From contig CAWGRW010000010.1 in the NCBI GenBank assembly GCA_963825135.1, positions 160,026-224,025 on the forward strand: a stretch of 64,000 nt of DNA. Reading direction: 5' to 3'. A program made the translations under genes and the position numbers. The stretch comes from an uncultured bacterium. GTDB lineage: Bacteria; Desulfobacterota_D; UBA1144; Nemesobacterales; UBA2774. The notes under the pieces were generated by a model. That model was not told the origin of the DNA, did no database searches, and saw only the letters and a list, made by a program, of their open reading frames with translations. Every line of letters starts with the position of its first letter. The first letter of the stretch is position 1. Positions 20,917 to 31,889 of the stretch are shown one piece after another.

Positions 20917-21979
20917 CTATACCGCCTGCGCCCTCTTGCGCCTGACGGCGAAGAACACCCCTATCAGCCCCAATCCGACGACGGCGGAAATCATCCCCCA
21001 CTCGGAAAGGGTGGGTATCGGCCGCGCCGGGGAGATCCACAACTTCTCCGCCGTAAGCGTTTCCCCGCCCTCTATCGTAGCTACGATAGTGTCCGTACCG
21101 GGGAACTTACTCCCCGTATAAGTCCACGATACCCGACCGTCTATGTCCGTCGTACAGTCGTCGTTAGGCGTGCACTCGCCGTTCCCGGGATCGCTCGCCT
21201 GCCCATCGTTCGGCCCCGACGTCACTTCGAAGCTCACCAATACCCCCGGCAGCGGGCTGCCGTTCGAAATAATGGCCGCCGTAACGGTATGGTCGGTAAA
21301 TATATCGTTCGTCGCGAATTCCGGCGACAGGCTCACGAGGTCCGGCGTAATCCCATCTCCGAAACTTATGCTGAGGAGGCCTCGTACTTCAGCTGTCATG
21401 TCGCCGGGCCGCAGCTCGATTCTTGCAATAGGCACGGCCGATGTGACCCCCAGGAATGAATTAAACAGGTTTGTGATTGGAATGACAGTCGAGTTGAGAA
21501 GGACGTTCCCTGCACCGTATACATCGACGATATTATTGTCGCTGCACGTCCCACCAGACTGAGCGCATCCGATAAGCATCCCCGCCCTCATTATAGTCGG
21601 GTCGGTGAAAAGTATCCGATACGTATCCGCGAATACATTAGTAGTAAGCACGTTCGCCGGATTGCCCGCCCCCGATGCATTCGACCCGAGTGCCAAAATA
21701 TTACCGGCGTTGAGCAGTCGTAACGGTGAATTCAATTCCCGGCAGAATTTCACCCGGCGTAAAACACACATCGTTTGAGGCGGAATTCACCGGCGGGTTA
21801 CATGAAAGGAACCCGTTCGCAGGCGCGTTTGCGGCGGCAAAATCCTGGAAAGCGAGCCCCGGGTTATCAGCGTTGAACTGAGACTCGTTCGTAGTAAACG
21901 TGACCTGGGCCTGTGAAACGCCGTAGGAAAAAACGAAAAAAAGAATTAACGCGGCATATAGCACTCTTGATGTATACAT
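20917..21979 (-). CDS. IPTL-CTERM protein with Ig-like (Big_1) domain, frameshift near 21710
   Basis: N-part in 21701-22081 joins 20917-21771; IPTLSEWG-TM-RRKR. Confidence 0.85.
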
Positions 21980-22253
21980 TAGGGATTTATCCTCCTCCTC
22001 TAAGTGATTCCGAACCCAATATACCATGATTAAAAGAATTAATAAACATTTTTCACCGATTCTTAACCCTCCGGCTCTCAATTCCGCTCTTTTTCCAACG
22101 GGCTAAAACAAAGAGCCCCTTTCCCCGGAGCGGGGAAAGAGGCTCTTTCATTTGCTGTCATTCCTGAATTCCTTATTCCGGAATCCAATCCTTAAATTCC
22201 CTCCCCCTTTACCAAGGGTGGGGCGTCACCTTACATTAATAATCCAACTGAAA

Positions 22254-22772
22254 TTAAACCGCCTGCGCCCTCTTGCGCCTGACGGCGAAGAACACCCCTA
22301 TCAGCCCCAATCCGACGACGGCTGAAATCATCCCCCACTCGGAAAGCGTCGGAATAGCATTACTCGTAACTCCCGGAACGTTGACGAATGTGCAGGTCGT
22401 CTCAGACATAGCCTCGCTCGTGCAGAGGGCGGTAAGACCACCCGGTATAGCGGTAAACTCAAACCCCGTGCTGGAATCGCAGAGGACATCGTCGAGCACC
22501 CATCCGGGCGTCGGCTGCTCCGTGATATCGACGTCGGCGTCAAAATTTAATTGCGTCGTAATGCAGTCCCCTCCGTCGAAGAGCTCTACAGTTTCTGTCA
22601 TACCGGAATCGGTGAAGTCGATTAGAAAACCCTGGTCCCCCGCTCCCGGAGCAGACTTGCAGATTGTCACCGCGCACGGCTGCGCGCTCGCGCTGTCTCC
22701 GAACGACGCTATACAGACGGCAGCCGCGATAAATACCGAAAGTTTCAACAACGAATTCAATACTCTATTCAT
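22254..22772 (-). CDS. IPTL-CTERM protein (SpaA/prealbumin-like)
   Basis: PTPGWVLDDVLC; IPTLSEWG tail. Confidence 0.88.
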   Translation of the reverse strand: MNRVLNSLLKLSVFIAAAVCIASFGDSASAQPCAVTICKSAPGAGDQGFLIDFTDSGMTETVELFDGGDCITTQLNFDADVDITEQPTPGWVLDDVLCDSSTGFEFTAIPGGLTALCTSEAMSETTCTFVNVPGVTSNAIPTLSEWGMISAVVGLGLIGVFFAVRRKRAQAV

Positions 22773-22896
22773 ACGACCCTCCTCGAAAATATTTATTTTA
22801 TTCAAGTAGAAATTCTTGCTCGCAGCCGTTTCACCGCGAAGAATACGCCGATGAGACCTAATCCGGCGGCAGTCGATATCTTCCCCCGCCCGGATA

Positions 22897-23307
22897 TTAT
22901 CGGGCCGTTCCCTCTTCGTTCTCAAGCGTGCACCCGCCTTCGCCGGACGACGCGCATTCGGCCGCGAACCCGTCCTTCGTTTTGGTGATCGTTATTCCCT
23001 TGAGGTCCGTGCACACCACATCGTCGAGCACCCATCCGGGCGTCGGCAGCTCCGCGACTTTCAGCGTATCGGGCGGGTCGAAGGATTCCTTGATACACGG
23101 CCCCATATCGACAAGCGCTTTCTTCTCCGTCTTTCCGCCGCCCTCGATCCTGATATTGAAAGGCGCTTCCCCCGCGCCGTCGGCCTCGAGGCATATAACC
23201 AGCCGGCAACCCTCCGCGCCCGCGCTCCGGGCGAAAGAGGGGACGATCATGATTCCCGCAACAGCGATAATCAATAAGACGTAACAGGCTTTAATTATCC
23301 GCCTCAT
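22897..23307 (-). CDS. Paralog of 23338-23865 lacking the CTERM anchor
   Basis: Shared IIxACYVLLIIAV signal and ELPTPGWVLDDVxC; ends at EGTAR. Confidence 0.8.
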   Translation of the reverse strand: MRRIIKACYVLLIIAVAGIMIVPSFARSAGAEGCRLVICLEADGAGEAPFNIRIEGGGKTEKKALVDMGPCIKESFDPPDTLKVAELPTPGWVLDDVVCTDLKGITITKTKDGFAAECASSGEGGCTLENEEGTAR

Positions 23308-23337
23308 CTATTCCCTCGGTTCATACGAGTCCGTCTC

Positions 23338-23865
23338 TTACGCCTGCTCGGAGCCCCTGCCCGTCCGGAGCCTCTTCAACGCGAAGAACACACCGATCAT
23401 TCCCAATCCGAGAGCCGCAGCGATCACGCCCCACTCCGAGAGCGTCGGGACGTTCACTTCGGCCGTTCCCTCTACGTTGACCAGCGTGCACGTGCCTGCG
23501 CTCGACGACACGCATTCGGCCACAAACCCGTCGTTGGTGTTGGTGAGCTCGATTCCGTTGAGGCCGGGGCAGAACACATCGTCGAGCACCCATCCGGGCG
23601 TCGGCAATTCCGCGACTGTCAGGGTATTGGGCGAATCGAAGGTTTGCAGGATACACAGTCCCTGATCGACCAGCACTCCCTTGCCCACCTCACCGCCCAC
23701 TTCGAACCTTACTTCGAACGGCGTATCCCCCGCGCCTTCGGCCGACTTGCATATGACCAGCTCGCAGCTCTGCGCGCCCGCGCTTGGGGTGAGGGACGGG
23801 ACGATCATGGTTCCCGGAACGGCGATAATCAATAGTACGTAACATGCATTAATAATGTGCTTCAT
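23338..23865 (-). CDS. IPTL-CTERM protein (SpaA/prealbumin-like)
   Basis: VPTLSEWG-TM-KR tail. Confidence 0.88.
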   Translation of the reverse strand: MKHIINACYVLLIIAVPGTMIVPSLTPSAGAQSCELVICKSAEGAGDTPFEVRFEVGGEVGKGVLVDQGLCILQTFDSPNTLTVAELPTPGWVLDDVFCPGLNGIELTNTNDGFVAECVSSSAGTCTLVNVEGTAEVNVPTLSEWGVIAAALGLGMIGVFFALKRLRTGRGSEQA

Positions 23866-24045
23866 ACAGCTCCTCCTGTAAGGGCATATCACCCTTCCGC
23901 TTGATCTACGCCCAATATACCATAATCAAAAGAAATAATAAACCTTTTTCTCCGGTCCTTAACCCGCCGCGCAAAAATTTCACACCTCCCGATTCTCCGA
24001 GTATAATTCAGTCCATCCAGGGCAATTTTTCCCCGCTGAGGCAAG

Positions 24046-24774
24046 ATGAAACCGATTCACGCTGTCGTAAGGATTCTGGCGGTCGTAGCCGCGGTGTTTG
24101 TAATCTACTACTGGGCCTACCCCCAGATGATGAGGTTCTATTACTACTACACGGCCGAGTCCCGCATGCTCGAAGTCCCCGCGTTCCCTGAGATAAAGGA
24201 ATACTACCCCGACCTCTACAGGCAAATACTGTCCGACACGAAAACGGCGATTATCAAGGGCGGCAAGATGGACGATATAATAGCGGCCAACGGCGATAAG
24301 ATCGCGGCGCTCCTCGGAAACGACCTGCCCCTCGCCTCGCACGAAGCGACCTCGGCGTTCATCACGTCCTTCATAGGGGTGTTCCGGAAGGCCGGAAACA
24401 GCGACCCCGAGTGCTGCGTCGATCTCATAAACGGCAACGAGCAGTGCATGTGGACCCTCATGACGCCCGAGGAGCAGAACGAGGTCTTAAGGGCGATTGC
24501 GCTCATTATCAGGTCCGCCCACACGGAGCCCGCGAAGCTCAAGGACGTGAAGCAGGCGAAAAGGGACGTAGGCCGCGTCTCCTCGAACGTCGTCGCGAAG
24601 TACGGCCCGGAGATCGACTACACGGCGCAGACGGAGCTCACCGATGAGGACAAGAAGAAGGTCTGCTTCGCCATAGCGGAGCTATACTCGGAGACGCTCA
24701 AGCTCCCGCCCGCCCGCTCGTCCGACGCCATCAAATTCCTCCTCTCCGGCGCGGGCGGCGAACCGCAGCAGTAG
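24046..24774 (+). CDS. Membrane-anchored hypothetical protein
   Basis: N-terminal TM, strong GC3 bias. Confidence 0.8.
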   Translation: MKPIHAVVRILAVVAAVFVIYYWAYPQMMRFYYYYTAESRMLEVPAFPEIKEYYPDLYRQILSDTKTAIIKGGKMDDIIAANGDKIAALLGNDLPLASHEATSAFITSFIGVFRKAGNSDPECCVDLINGNEQCMWTLMTPEEQNEVLRAIALIIRSAHTEPAKLKDVKQAKRDVGRVSSNVVAKYGPEIDYTAQTELTDEDKKKVCFAIAELYSETLKLPPARSSDAIKFLLSGAGGEPQQ

Positions 24775-25650
24775 GCACACACACACGTAGTGTGTTTCTA
24801 TGATCCTTCCCGACCCCCTCAGCTCAAACCGGCAATCATGGCGTTTTCGTATGTCGGCGGCGACACGCCGCCCCGTTCACCCCGAGCGCACACGTAGCGC
24901 GCTGTCGAAGGGTCTTCCTTAATTCCCTCCCCCTTGAGGGGAGAGGGTGAAGGGTGAGGGTGTACCTAGATATGTAAACCCGTTCACCCTGAGCCCGTCG
25001 AAGGGTCATCCTTAATTCCCTCCCCCTGGGGGGGAGGGTTAGGGTGGAGGTGTATTTCGAGCAGCGCGAGAAATTATTTTTGCTTTTTTCACCGAGAAAA
25101 GAATTGGTTAAAAAAACGCTGTTTCACGTAACGATACCTTCGAACAGACCAATGTGAAAGGTTTTAGCATAAACACAAGATTCTTAGGATACGGAGTCGG
25201 AGTTTTCGCCCCTTTTCATCAAGGAGGAGGATAAAAAAAGATCCGTGCACCGCTCTTCGACTTTGATTGTCATTGCGATAAATCACATTGCGCTTGGTCG
25301 CCCTGGAAGCCGCTACTACGTTAACGTCAGCATTGCAAGCTGCATAGCAGCGCGGCAATCTCGCCTTTTCTTTCCCGACATTACAGAATTTGCGTCACAT
25401 TGTTTCCCTCCCCCTTCCCAAGGGGGAGGGTGTGGGTGGGGGTTTACCTTATCAGCCTATCAATCCAGAGAGTCTTTCTCTTTCCAGGCGTAAAGAAATC
25501 TTTGAGCAGTCCAATTGAAAGATTTTAGCTTAAACACAAGATTTTTAGCACAATTCTGTAGAGTCTTTTCGGAAACCACACTACGTGTGTGATTTTTGCT
25601 TCTTTTCATCAAGGAAAAGAAGGATAAATAAATGGTTTTTCACCTTTCCT
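24775..25650 (+). repeat. Composite repeat cluster 6 (degenerate copy 25092-25200; split copy 25375-25561)
   Basis: Shared modules. Confidence 0.88.
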
Positions 25651-25732
25651 TCGTCTTTTCCTATCTTCCCTTATCCTCTCGAAAGAGACAACGAAGGACC
25701 CGGCACTCCCGCCCGCCCCCCCGGATACGCCG

Positions 25733-26149
25733 CTACGGCAGCTGACGGTAAATCTCCTCCATATCGAACCAGACGTTCTCCCTCCTGATCTTCCCGTCCC
25801 CCGCAAACTCGATCACGTGCAGGAGCCTGAACTCGAGCGGACGCCCCCTGCCCTCAATGCCGAACGGACGCCCCGGCGCAGTGCCCGCCCAGAGGGACTC
25901 GTCGACGAGAAAATCCTTCCCGTAGAGCCGCTTCAGAGAGGTGACCTTCGAGACCTTGAGGTCCCGGAACGCGGCCTCGTAGAACCGCCCCGCCTCCTCT
26001 TTCCCGAACGTAGGCCCCGTGGGCGCGCCCACGACGTCGTGGACCACGTCCGGCGTGAGCGTGCGCAGCACCCCCGCCACGTCGTCACTCGCCTCGCAGT
26101 CGAAATGGTCGTCCAGTATCCTGTCCATCTGCTCGCGCGTGAGCGCCAT
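25733..26149 (-). CDS. SnoaL-like ester cyclase / NTF2-fold protein
   Basis: DVAGVLRTLTPDVVHD...IRRENVWFD. Confidence 0.85.
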   Translation of the reverse strand: MALTREQMDRILDDHFDCEASDDVAGVLRTLTPDVVHDVVGAPTGPTFGKEEAGRFYEAAFRDLKVSKVTSLKRLYGKDFLVDESLWAGTAPGRPFGIEGRGRPLEFRLLHVIEFAGDGKIRRENVWFDMEEIYRQLP

Positions 26150-26339
26150 GCCGCACCTCCGTGCTCGTATATTAGACGCGCTGACCCCGGCCGCGGATTT
26201 ACGCGGAGAAAAATCCCGTCCCGCCCACGCGCCGCGGGCGTGAGGCGCGAACTCACAAACGCTCTCCTCCGCGTTTCACGTGAGTGAATGCCCAGCCCCA
26301 TAGACACCCCGCTCATAAATATTGTATTGTAGTAACGTC

Positions 26340-27230
26340 ATGCCCGGCATCAGGGACGAGACATTCGGCGGCACGTTCCCCTTCGCTCCGCGCTTCTCGG
26401 GCGCGGGCGGATTCGATATGCATTACATAGACGAAGGAGAGGGCGAGCCCGTGCTCATGCTCCACGGAGACCCGACTTGGGGTTATCTCTGGAGGGAGTT
26501 CATCCCGGCTCTATCGGCCGGGCGCCGCGTCATAGTCCCCGACCACATGGGCATGGGCAAATCGGACGCGCCCGAAGGGCCCTACCCTTACCGCCTCGGC
26601 CGCCACATAGACAACCTCGAAGCGCTCGTCCTCTCGCTCGGCCTCTCGGACATCACGCTCGTAGTCCACGACTGGGGCGGCCCCGTCGGCCTGGGCTTCG
26701 CCGTGAGACGCCCGGAGCTCATCAAACGCCTCGTGCTCACGAACACCTGGGCCTTCGCGCGCTGGCCCGGAGCGCCCTTCCCGAAGCTGGTCGAGATGAT
26801 AAGGTCCCCGCGCGGGGAGCAGTTCGTGCTCGAGAAAAACGGCTACGTCGGCCGCGCGATCACGGGCACTGTGAATTATCCGGAGAAGATAACCCCCGAG
26901 GTGATGGGCGCGTACACGGCGCCCTTCCCCACGCCCGAATCGAGGCGGGCGCTCCTCTGCTGGTCGCGAGACATCCCGGTCGACGAAGGGGATCCCTCGT
27001 GGGACGACATGGCGGCTATCGAGAAGAATCTCAAACTGTTCGAGAACATCCCCGTCCTCATAGTGTGGGGCATGCTCGACCCGATACTCCCGCCGGTCCT
27101 GCTCGAGCTCTGGAAGAGCGTCTATCCGCACGCACGCGCCGTGGAGATACCGGACGCCTCGCATTTTCTGCAGGAGGACGCCCCGGACGCAGTGCTCGGA
27201 GCGATAGAGGGGTTTTTGGAAGACACTTGA
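26340..27230 (+). CDS. Haloalkane dehalogenase/OleB-like alpha/beta hydrolase
   Basis: MHYIDEGEG, LHGDPTW, VHDWGG nucleophile Asp, HFLQED. Confidence 0.9.
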   Translation: MPGIRDETFGGTFPFAPRFSGAGGFDMHYIDEGEGEPVLMLHGDPTWGYLWREFIPALSAGRRVIVPDHMGMGKSDAPEGPYPYRLGRHIDNLEALVLSLGLSDITLVVHDWGGPVGLGFAVRRPELIKRLVLTNTWAFARWPGAPFPKLVEMIRSPRGEQFVLEKNGYVGRAITGTVNYPEKITPEVMGAYTAPFPTPESRRALLCWSRDIPVDEGDPSWDDMAAIEKNLKLFENIPVLIVWGMLDPILPPVLLELWKSVYPHARAVEIPDASHFLQEDAPDAVLGAIEGFLEDT

Positions 27231-27334
27231 TAACTCATATTCCACTTCACCGGAATACCCCCCCTTCCTTGCTTATTCCCCCTCCCACGAACATAATATA
27301 TCCCTACTCCCCCCGCCCGGTGTGAGGACCTCGG

Positions 27335-28033
27335 ATGCAACTAGAGAGAGCTATATTTCTTGCGGTATCGATATCCCTGGCCGCGTCGTCCTGCTCGCGC
27401 GACAAGAAGCCCGATTTCAGGGACGTCAGGTGGGGCATGTCTAAAGAAGAGGTCAGGAAGCGCGAGACCGCGGAGCTCATGAAAGAGGGCAACGAGGTGC
27501 TGATTTACAGGATCGGCGGCGGGCTGTCGACAGTTGAATCCGAGGGCACGGTAGAGGTCGAGCTCGACGCGAAGCCCGGGGACGGCAGCGCCCGGGAGAG
27601 CCCGCGCGTAACCATAGAGGTCGAAACGCCCGAGCCCGAATACGACGTCGTCTATGCGTTTAAGGACGGCAGGCTGGGCATGGCCGTGCTCCACCTCCGC
27701 GATTCGGCGCAGGACCCCTCCGAATATATCAGGCTCCTCAGGGAAAAGTCCGCGGAGATATCGAAGGAGACGGGCACCCCCGCCTCGGGAGTCGCCGAGT
27801 ACGGCGTGGGCGCGCCGAAGGACGACCCCTATTCCGCGCCCCGGGAGATTTGCGAGGGACAGTACTCCCTCAAACACGCCTGGCCGACTTTCAAAAACAG
27901 GACCGACGTCACCATAGAGCTCGACCAGAAAAAGTTTTCCCACGAGCCCGACTGCAACCTCTCCGTATTCTACGAGAGCGTGAAGTACCCGATCGACCCC
28001 GCCCTCTCCGGCGAGCTCCACGAAAAGCTCTAG
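27335..28033 (+). CDS. Lipoprotein, FRxxRWGMS family
   Basis: LAASSC lipobox; DFRDVRWGMSKEEV. Confidence 0.82.
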   Translation: MQLERAIFLAVSISLAASSCSRDKKPDFRDVRWGMSKEEVRKRETAELMKEGNEVLIYRIGGGLSTVESEGTVEVELDAKPGDGSARESPRVTIEVETPEPEYDVVYAFKDGRLGMAVLHLRDSAQDPSEYIRLLREKSAEISKETGTPASGVAEYGVGAPKDDPYSAPREICEGQYSLKHAWPTFKNRTDVTIELDQKKFSHEPDCNLSVFYESVKYPIDPALSGELHEKL

Positions 28034-28069
28034 CGCTGTGAAACGCAGCACGGCAAACTCGTCTTTCCT

Positions 28070-28700
28070 TCCCGACATTACACAATTTGCGGCAGGCACA
28101 CACAATGTGTGTCTCTACGATTCTTCCGTAACTCCTCAGCTCAACCAACAAGCGAAGCCAAACCCGTTCGTGCTGAGCTTGTCGAAGCACGTTACCGACA
28201 TTACAGAATTTGCGGCGGGTAAGCACCCGCGGGCATACGATCTCTAACATCCGCCTCAGCTCAACCCAACCCGTTCACCCTGAGCGCACACGAAGTGTGC
28301 TGTCGAAGGGTCCTCCTTAATTCCCTCCCCCTCAATAGGAGGGGGGAGGGTCAAGGGTGGGGGTGTACCTTAATCATTCTGTCATTGCGAGCAAAGCGAA
28401 GCAATCTCGCCTTTTCTTCCCCGACATTACAGAATTTGCGTCAAGAAAATCGCGTGTTTAAGCGTAAAGAAATCTTTGAGCAGTCCAATTGAAAGATTTT
28501 AGCTTAAACACAAGATTTTTAGCAAATTATGTAGTCGGAATGATTTTTGCTTCTTTTCATCAAGGAAAAGAAGAGATCAATTTCGCCTTTGCCTTTGCTT
28601 TTTCTTTGTCTTTTCGAAAGACCACACTACGTGTGTTCATCAAGGAAAAGAAGGATTAATCAAATAGCCTTTCACCTTTCTTCGTCATTGCGAGCCCTCC
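28070..28700 (+). repeat. Composite repeat cluster 7 (variant B hairpin 28421-28538)
   Basis: Shared modules; solo left arms at ~28072 and ~28195. Confidence 0.9.
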
Positions 28701-28791
28701 CGTTCGACCATCGGCACGCATCCCCCCTCTTGCGTCCCCCGCCCTTCCGGCACTATAATATCCGCAACACCCCGAGCGGGAGCGGAGACCC

Positions 28792-29460
28792 ATGAACATC
28801 AAATCACTTGCCGTAATCGCCTTATTATTGCTATCCCCGGCGGCCCTGTGCTTCGCGTCGGGCGAAAAGCCCGACGTGAGGGACGTGAGGTGGGGCATGT
28901 CGAAGGAAGAGGTCATGAAGCACGAAAAGGCCGAGAAAATCAAGGAGACTGACAGCATACTCGTATACTTCATCAAAGGCGGGCCTACGCGCGAAATTAT
29001 CCACACGCATCCCGACCTGGATGGGAAATCGATGGAGCTATCCATGGATATCGACGTACCCGACTACAACCTCGTCTACCTCTTCCCGGACGGCAAGCTC
29101 GGCATGGCCATTCTCCATATGGACAACCCCAAGGCGGACGCGAAGGATTATATCGACGAGTTCGACCGCCTGGCGGACAAGATAACCGATGAGACCGGGA
29201 AGGAGCCCGACGGACAGGCGAAATACGCCGAGAACGAGAGCGAGGACACCGTCTACGAGCACCCCGCGGAGATATGCACGGGGAGGTACGGTTTAAGGTA
29301 CATCTGGCCCGCGACAAACGACAGGACTAAAATCATGATCGAGCTCGACGACAGGAAGTCCGCCGACGACAAGTCCGAATGCACCCTGGCGATATTCTAC
29401 GAGAGCGTCAAATTCCCCGTCGACCCGGCGTCTTTGGCGAAGATGCACGAAGCATTGTAA
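28792..29460 (+). CDS. Secreted paralog of 27335-28033
   Basis: DVRDVRWGMSKEEV; shared C-terminus FYESVK(Y/F)P.DPA. Confidence 0.82.
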   Translation: MNIKSLAVIALLLLSPAALCFASGEKPDVRDVRWGMSKEEVMKHEKAEKIKETDSILVYFIKGGPTREIIHTHPDLDGKSMELSMDIDVPDYNLVYLFPDGKLGMAILHMDNPKADAKDYIDEFDRLADKITDETGKEPDGQAKYAENESEDTVYEHPAEICTGRYGLRYIWPATNDRTKIMIELDDRKSADDKSECTLAIFYESVKFPVDPASLAKMHEAL

Positions 29461-29464
29461 CGCG

Positions 29465-30145
29465 CGACACACAGACACATAGTGTCATTTTACGATCCTT
29501 CCGTGACTCCTACGCTCAAACCAGCAACGAAGCCCAACCCGTTCGTCCTGAGCGCACACGAAGTGTGCTGTCGAAGGGTCTCTTCCCTTCAATTTCCCCC
29601 TTAGAAAAAGGGGAACAATTTCGAACGAGTGAGGAATTGGTCGGAGATGATTAAATGCAAAGGACTTTCTTAATTGAAGTGACACTTTTGTCAAACCAGA
29701 TTAAGGGGGATTTAGTTTTTTCTTTTTCCCCGACATTACAGAATTTACGGCGGGTGAGCACCCGCAGGCATACGATCTCAAGCATCTCCTTTCCTGTCAT
29801 TTCGACCAACATGGAGAAATCTAGTCTTTCTGCCTTTTCTTCCCGACATTACAGAATTTGCGTTAAGAAAATCGATTGTACGAGCGTTAAGAATCTTACA
29901 CGGGGTGGGGTGGAATTGGAAGATTTAGCGAGTACATGAGATTTTTAGCACAATTCTGTAGTCGGATGATTTTTGCTTCTTTTCATCAAGGAAAAGAAGG
30001 ATTAAAACAACCAGTCTTTTACCTTTCTTTGTCTTTTCATTAAACACACTACGTGTGGATCTGCGGCCCTGGAATACCTCCTCCGCTCAACCCGGCAACG
30101 AAGCCCAACCCGTTCGTCCTGAGCGAATTCAAAGGATCGAAGGGT
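29465..30145 (+). repeat. Composite repeat cluster 8 (hairpin 29843-29965)
   Basis: Shared modules. Confidence 0.9.
29614..29698 (+). mobile_element. AAC-hairpin-GGWC element (85 nt)
   Basis: Clean insertion relative to the empty host at 49121-49167; 74/85 identical to 10745-10829. Confidence 0.8.
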
Positions 30146-30254
30146 TGAACAGTATTACAGCGCTTCCCCCCTTCCCCCCAACCGAGGTTATAATTGTTAA
30201 TCGTTATATTTTCGTGCTAATCTATGCCACTCGGTCTTTAAAGGAGGATATGGT

Positions 30255-31883
30255 ATGAAATCAAGAAGAGCCTCGCTCGTCCTGGCGCTCGCAGTCATAG
30301 CCGCATTCGCCTTCGTCCTCGGCCGCAATGATAGCGCAGACTCCGCTGATACCGGCATCCCGCCCGGCATCAAGGCGATATTCGACAAGCCCGCTTACAA
30401 GAGCGCAACATGGGGCCTTCGGTTAGTGGACCTCGAAACGGGCAATGTGCTCATCGACGTGAAACCGGATTACAACTTCTTCATTGGCTCCGTACGGAAA
30501 GTATTTTCCGTTGGCCGGCTCCTGAATCAAATCGGTGCGGGACACAAATTCGTCACGCCGATATACAAGCATGGCAATGTGAACAGCTCAGGCGTGCTGG
30601 ACGGCGAGCTCATACTCGTCGCGTCGGGCGACCTCACCATGGGCGGACGCACGGAGGCTAACGGCAAGATTGCTGTAACAGATTTCGACCATAACGAATC
30701 GGACTCTCTCGGCAACTCCCAGCTCACGAAGCCCGACCCGCTCCAGGGTTACGAGGCTCTCGCCCGGCAGGTCGCGGCGGCGGGCATCAAGCAGGTTAAC
30801 GACGTCGTCATAGACGACAGGCTCTTCCAGCCTTTCCCCTTCAGGAACGAGGGCAATTTCGCGATAAGACCGATATTCGTGAACGACGACTGCGTCGATC
30901 TCATAATCAATCCTTCGAGCCCCGGTGAGCCGGTATCCCTTGACTGGCGGCCCAAATCGGCCGCTCTCACTCCCGTCAACAAGGCGGCGACGAGCGGACC
31001 GGACACCGATTTTACGATCGGGCTCGAGCCGGAATTCCCGCCGTGCATCGGCAGTCCCGGCTGCAAGGCGGCTATCACCGGAGAGCTCCCCGTGAATTTC
31101 AAGCCCCCGCTCACCGGCGAGTTCCCGCTCATCAGGACCTTCAGGATAGTCGAGCCCCAGAACTACGCGCGCACGGTGCTCATCGAACAGCTCGAAAAGG
31201 CGGGCGTTAACGTGCTCGCCGACGCCGTGGCGCAAAACCCCGCGGCGCTTCTCCCGGCGAAGAACTCATACTCGCAGGACGACCTCGTAACCTCCCTCGT
31301 CTCACTCCCCTACGCGGAATACGCGAAGTTCATATTGAAGGTGAGCTACAACATAGGCGCGGACACGAGCCTCATCCTCTGGGGCACGACGCAGGGCCTC
31401 GACAACATGGACGACTCGCTTGAGGCCGAGAGGAAGAGCCTCACGGGCAAATACGGCATACCGGGCAATGAGTTCCTCTTCGTCGACGGGAGCGGAGGCG
31501 GGGAAACGACCGCGACTAACCCCGCCGTTACGAAATGGCTCGAAATAATGACGAAGCAGCCTGTGTTCGACGCCTTCTTCGCCGCCCTTCCGATACTGGG
31601 AGTGGACGGCTCTCTCGGGTTCGTAATCGATTTCGAGAAGGACCCCACGCTCGCGGGCGCAAAGGGGCAGGTGCGCGCCAAGACCGGCACGTTCGCGGCC
31701 GGTGACGCATCGGGTCTCGTGATAAAGGGACAGGCGTTCGGCGGCTATATCGACACGAAGAGCGGCAGACGCCTTATTTACCAGCTCGTCGTCAACAACG
31801 TGCCGATATCCGAATTCGATCAGCTGCTCGAGATATTCCAGGACGAGGGCACAATATCCGCGGTCCTCTGGCGCGACTATTGA
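30255..31883 (+). CDS. dacB: D-alanyl-D-alanine carboxypeptidase/endopeptidase (PBP4, peptidase S13)
   Basis: SVRK (SxxK), SYN (SxN), KTG motifs. Confidence 0.9.
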   Translation: MKSRRASLVLALAVIAAFAFVLGRNDSADSADTGIPPGIKAIFDKPAYKSATWGLRLVDLETGNVLIDVKPDYNFFIGSVRKVFSVGRLLNQIGAGHKFVTPIYKHGNVNSSGVLDGELILVASGDLTMGGRTEANGKIAVTDFDHNESDSLGNSQLTKPDPLQGYEALARQVAAAGIKQVNDVVIDDRLFQPFPFRNEGNFAIRPIFVNDDCVDLIINPSSPGEPVSLDWRPKSAALTPVNKAATSGPDTDFTIGLEPEFPPCIGSPGCKAAITGELPVNFKPPLTGEFPLIRTFRIVEPQNYARTVLIEQLEKAGVNVLADAVAQNPAALLPAKNSYSQDDLVTSLVSLPYAEYAKFILKVSYNIGADTSLILWGTTQGLDNMDDSLEAERKSLTGKYGIPGNEFLFVDGSGGGETTATNPAVTKWLEIMTKQPVFDAFFAALPILGVDGSLGFVIDFEKDPTLAGAKGQVRAKTGTFAAGDASGLVIKGQAFGGYIDTKSGRRLIYQLVVNNVPISEFDQLLEIFQDEGTISAVLWRDY

Positions 31884-31889
31884 TTCGCG

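Noticed and set aside
29614..29698. AAC-element tail as a peptide-coding fragment (GLTK(V/M)SL(Q/R)LRKSFAFNHLRP; 6 of 8 tail differences versus 10745-10829 are synonymous)
   Set aside because: Small numbers and mostly transitions that also fit stem wobble; copies 10063 and 10888 have stops in the equivalent frame. Not fully excluded
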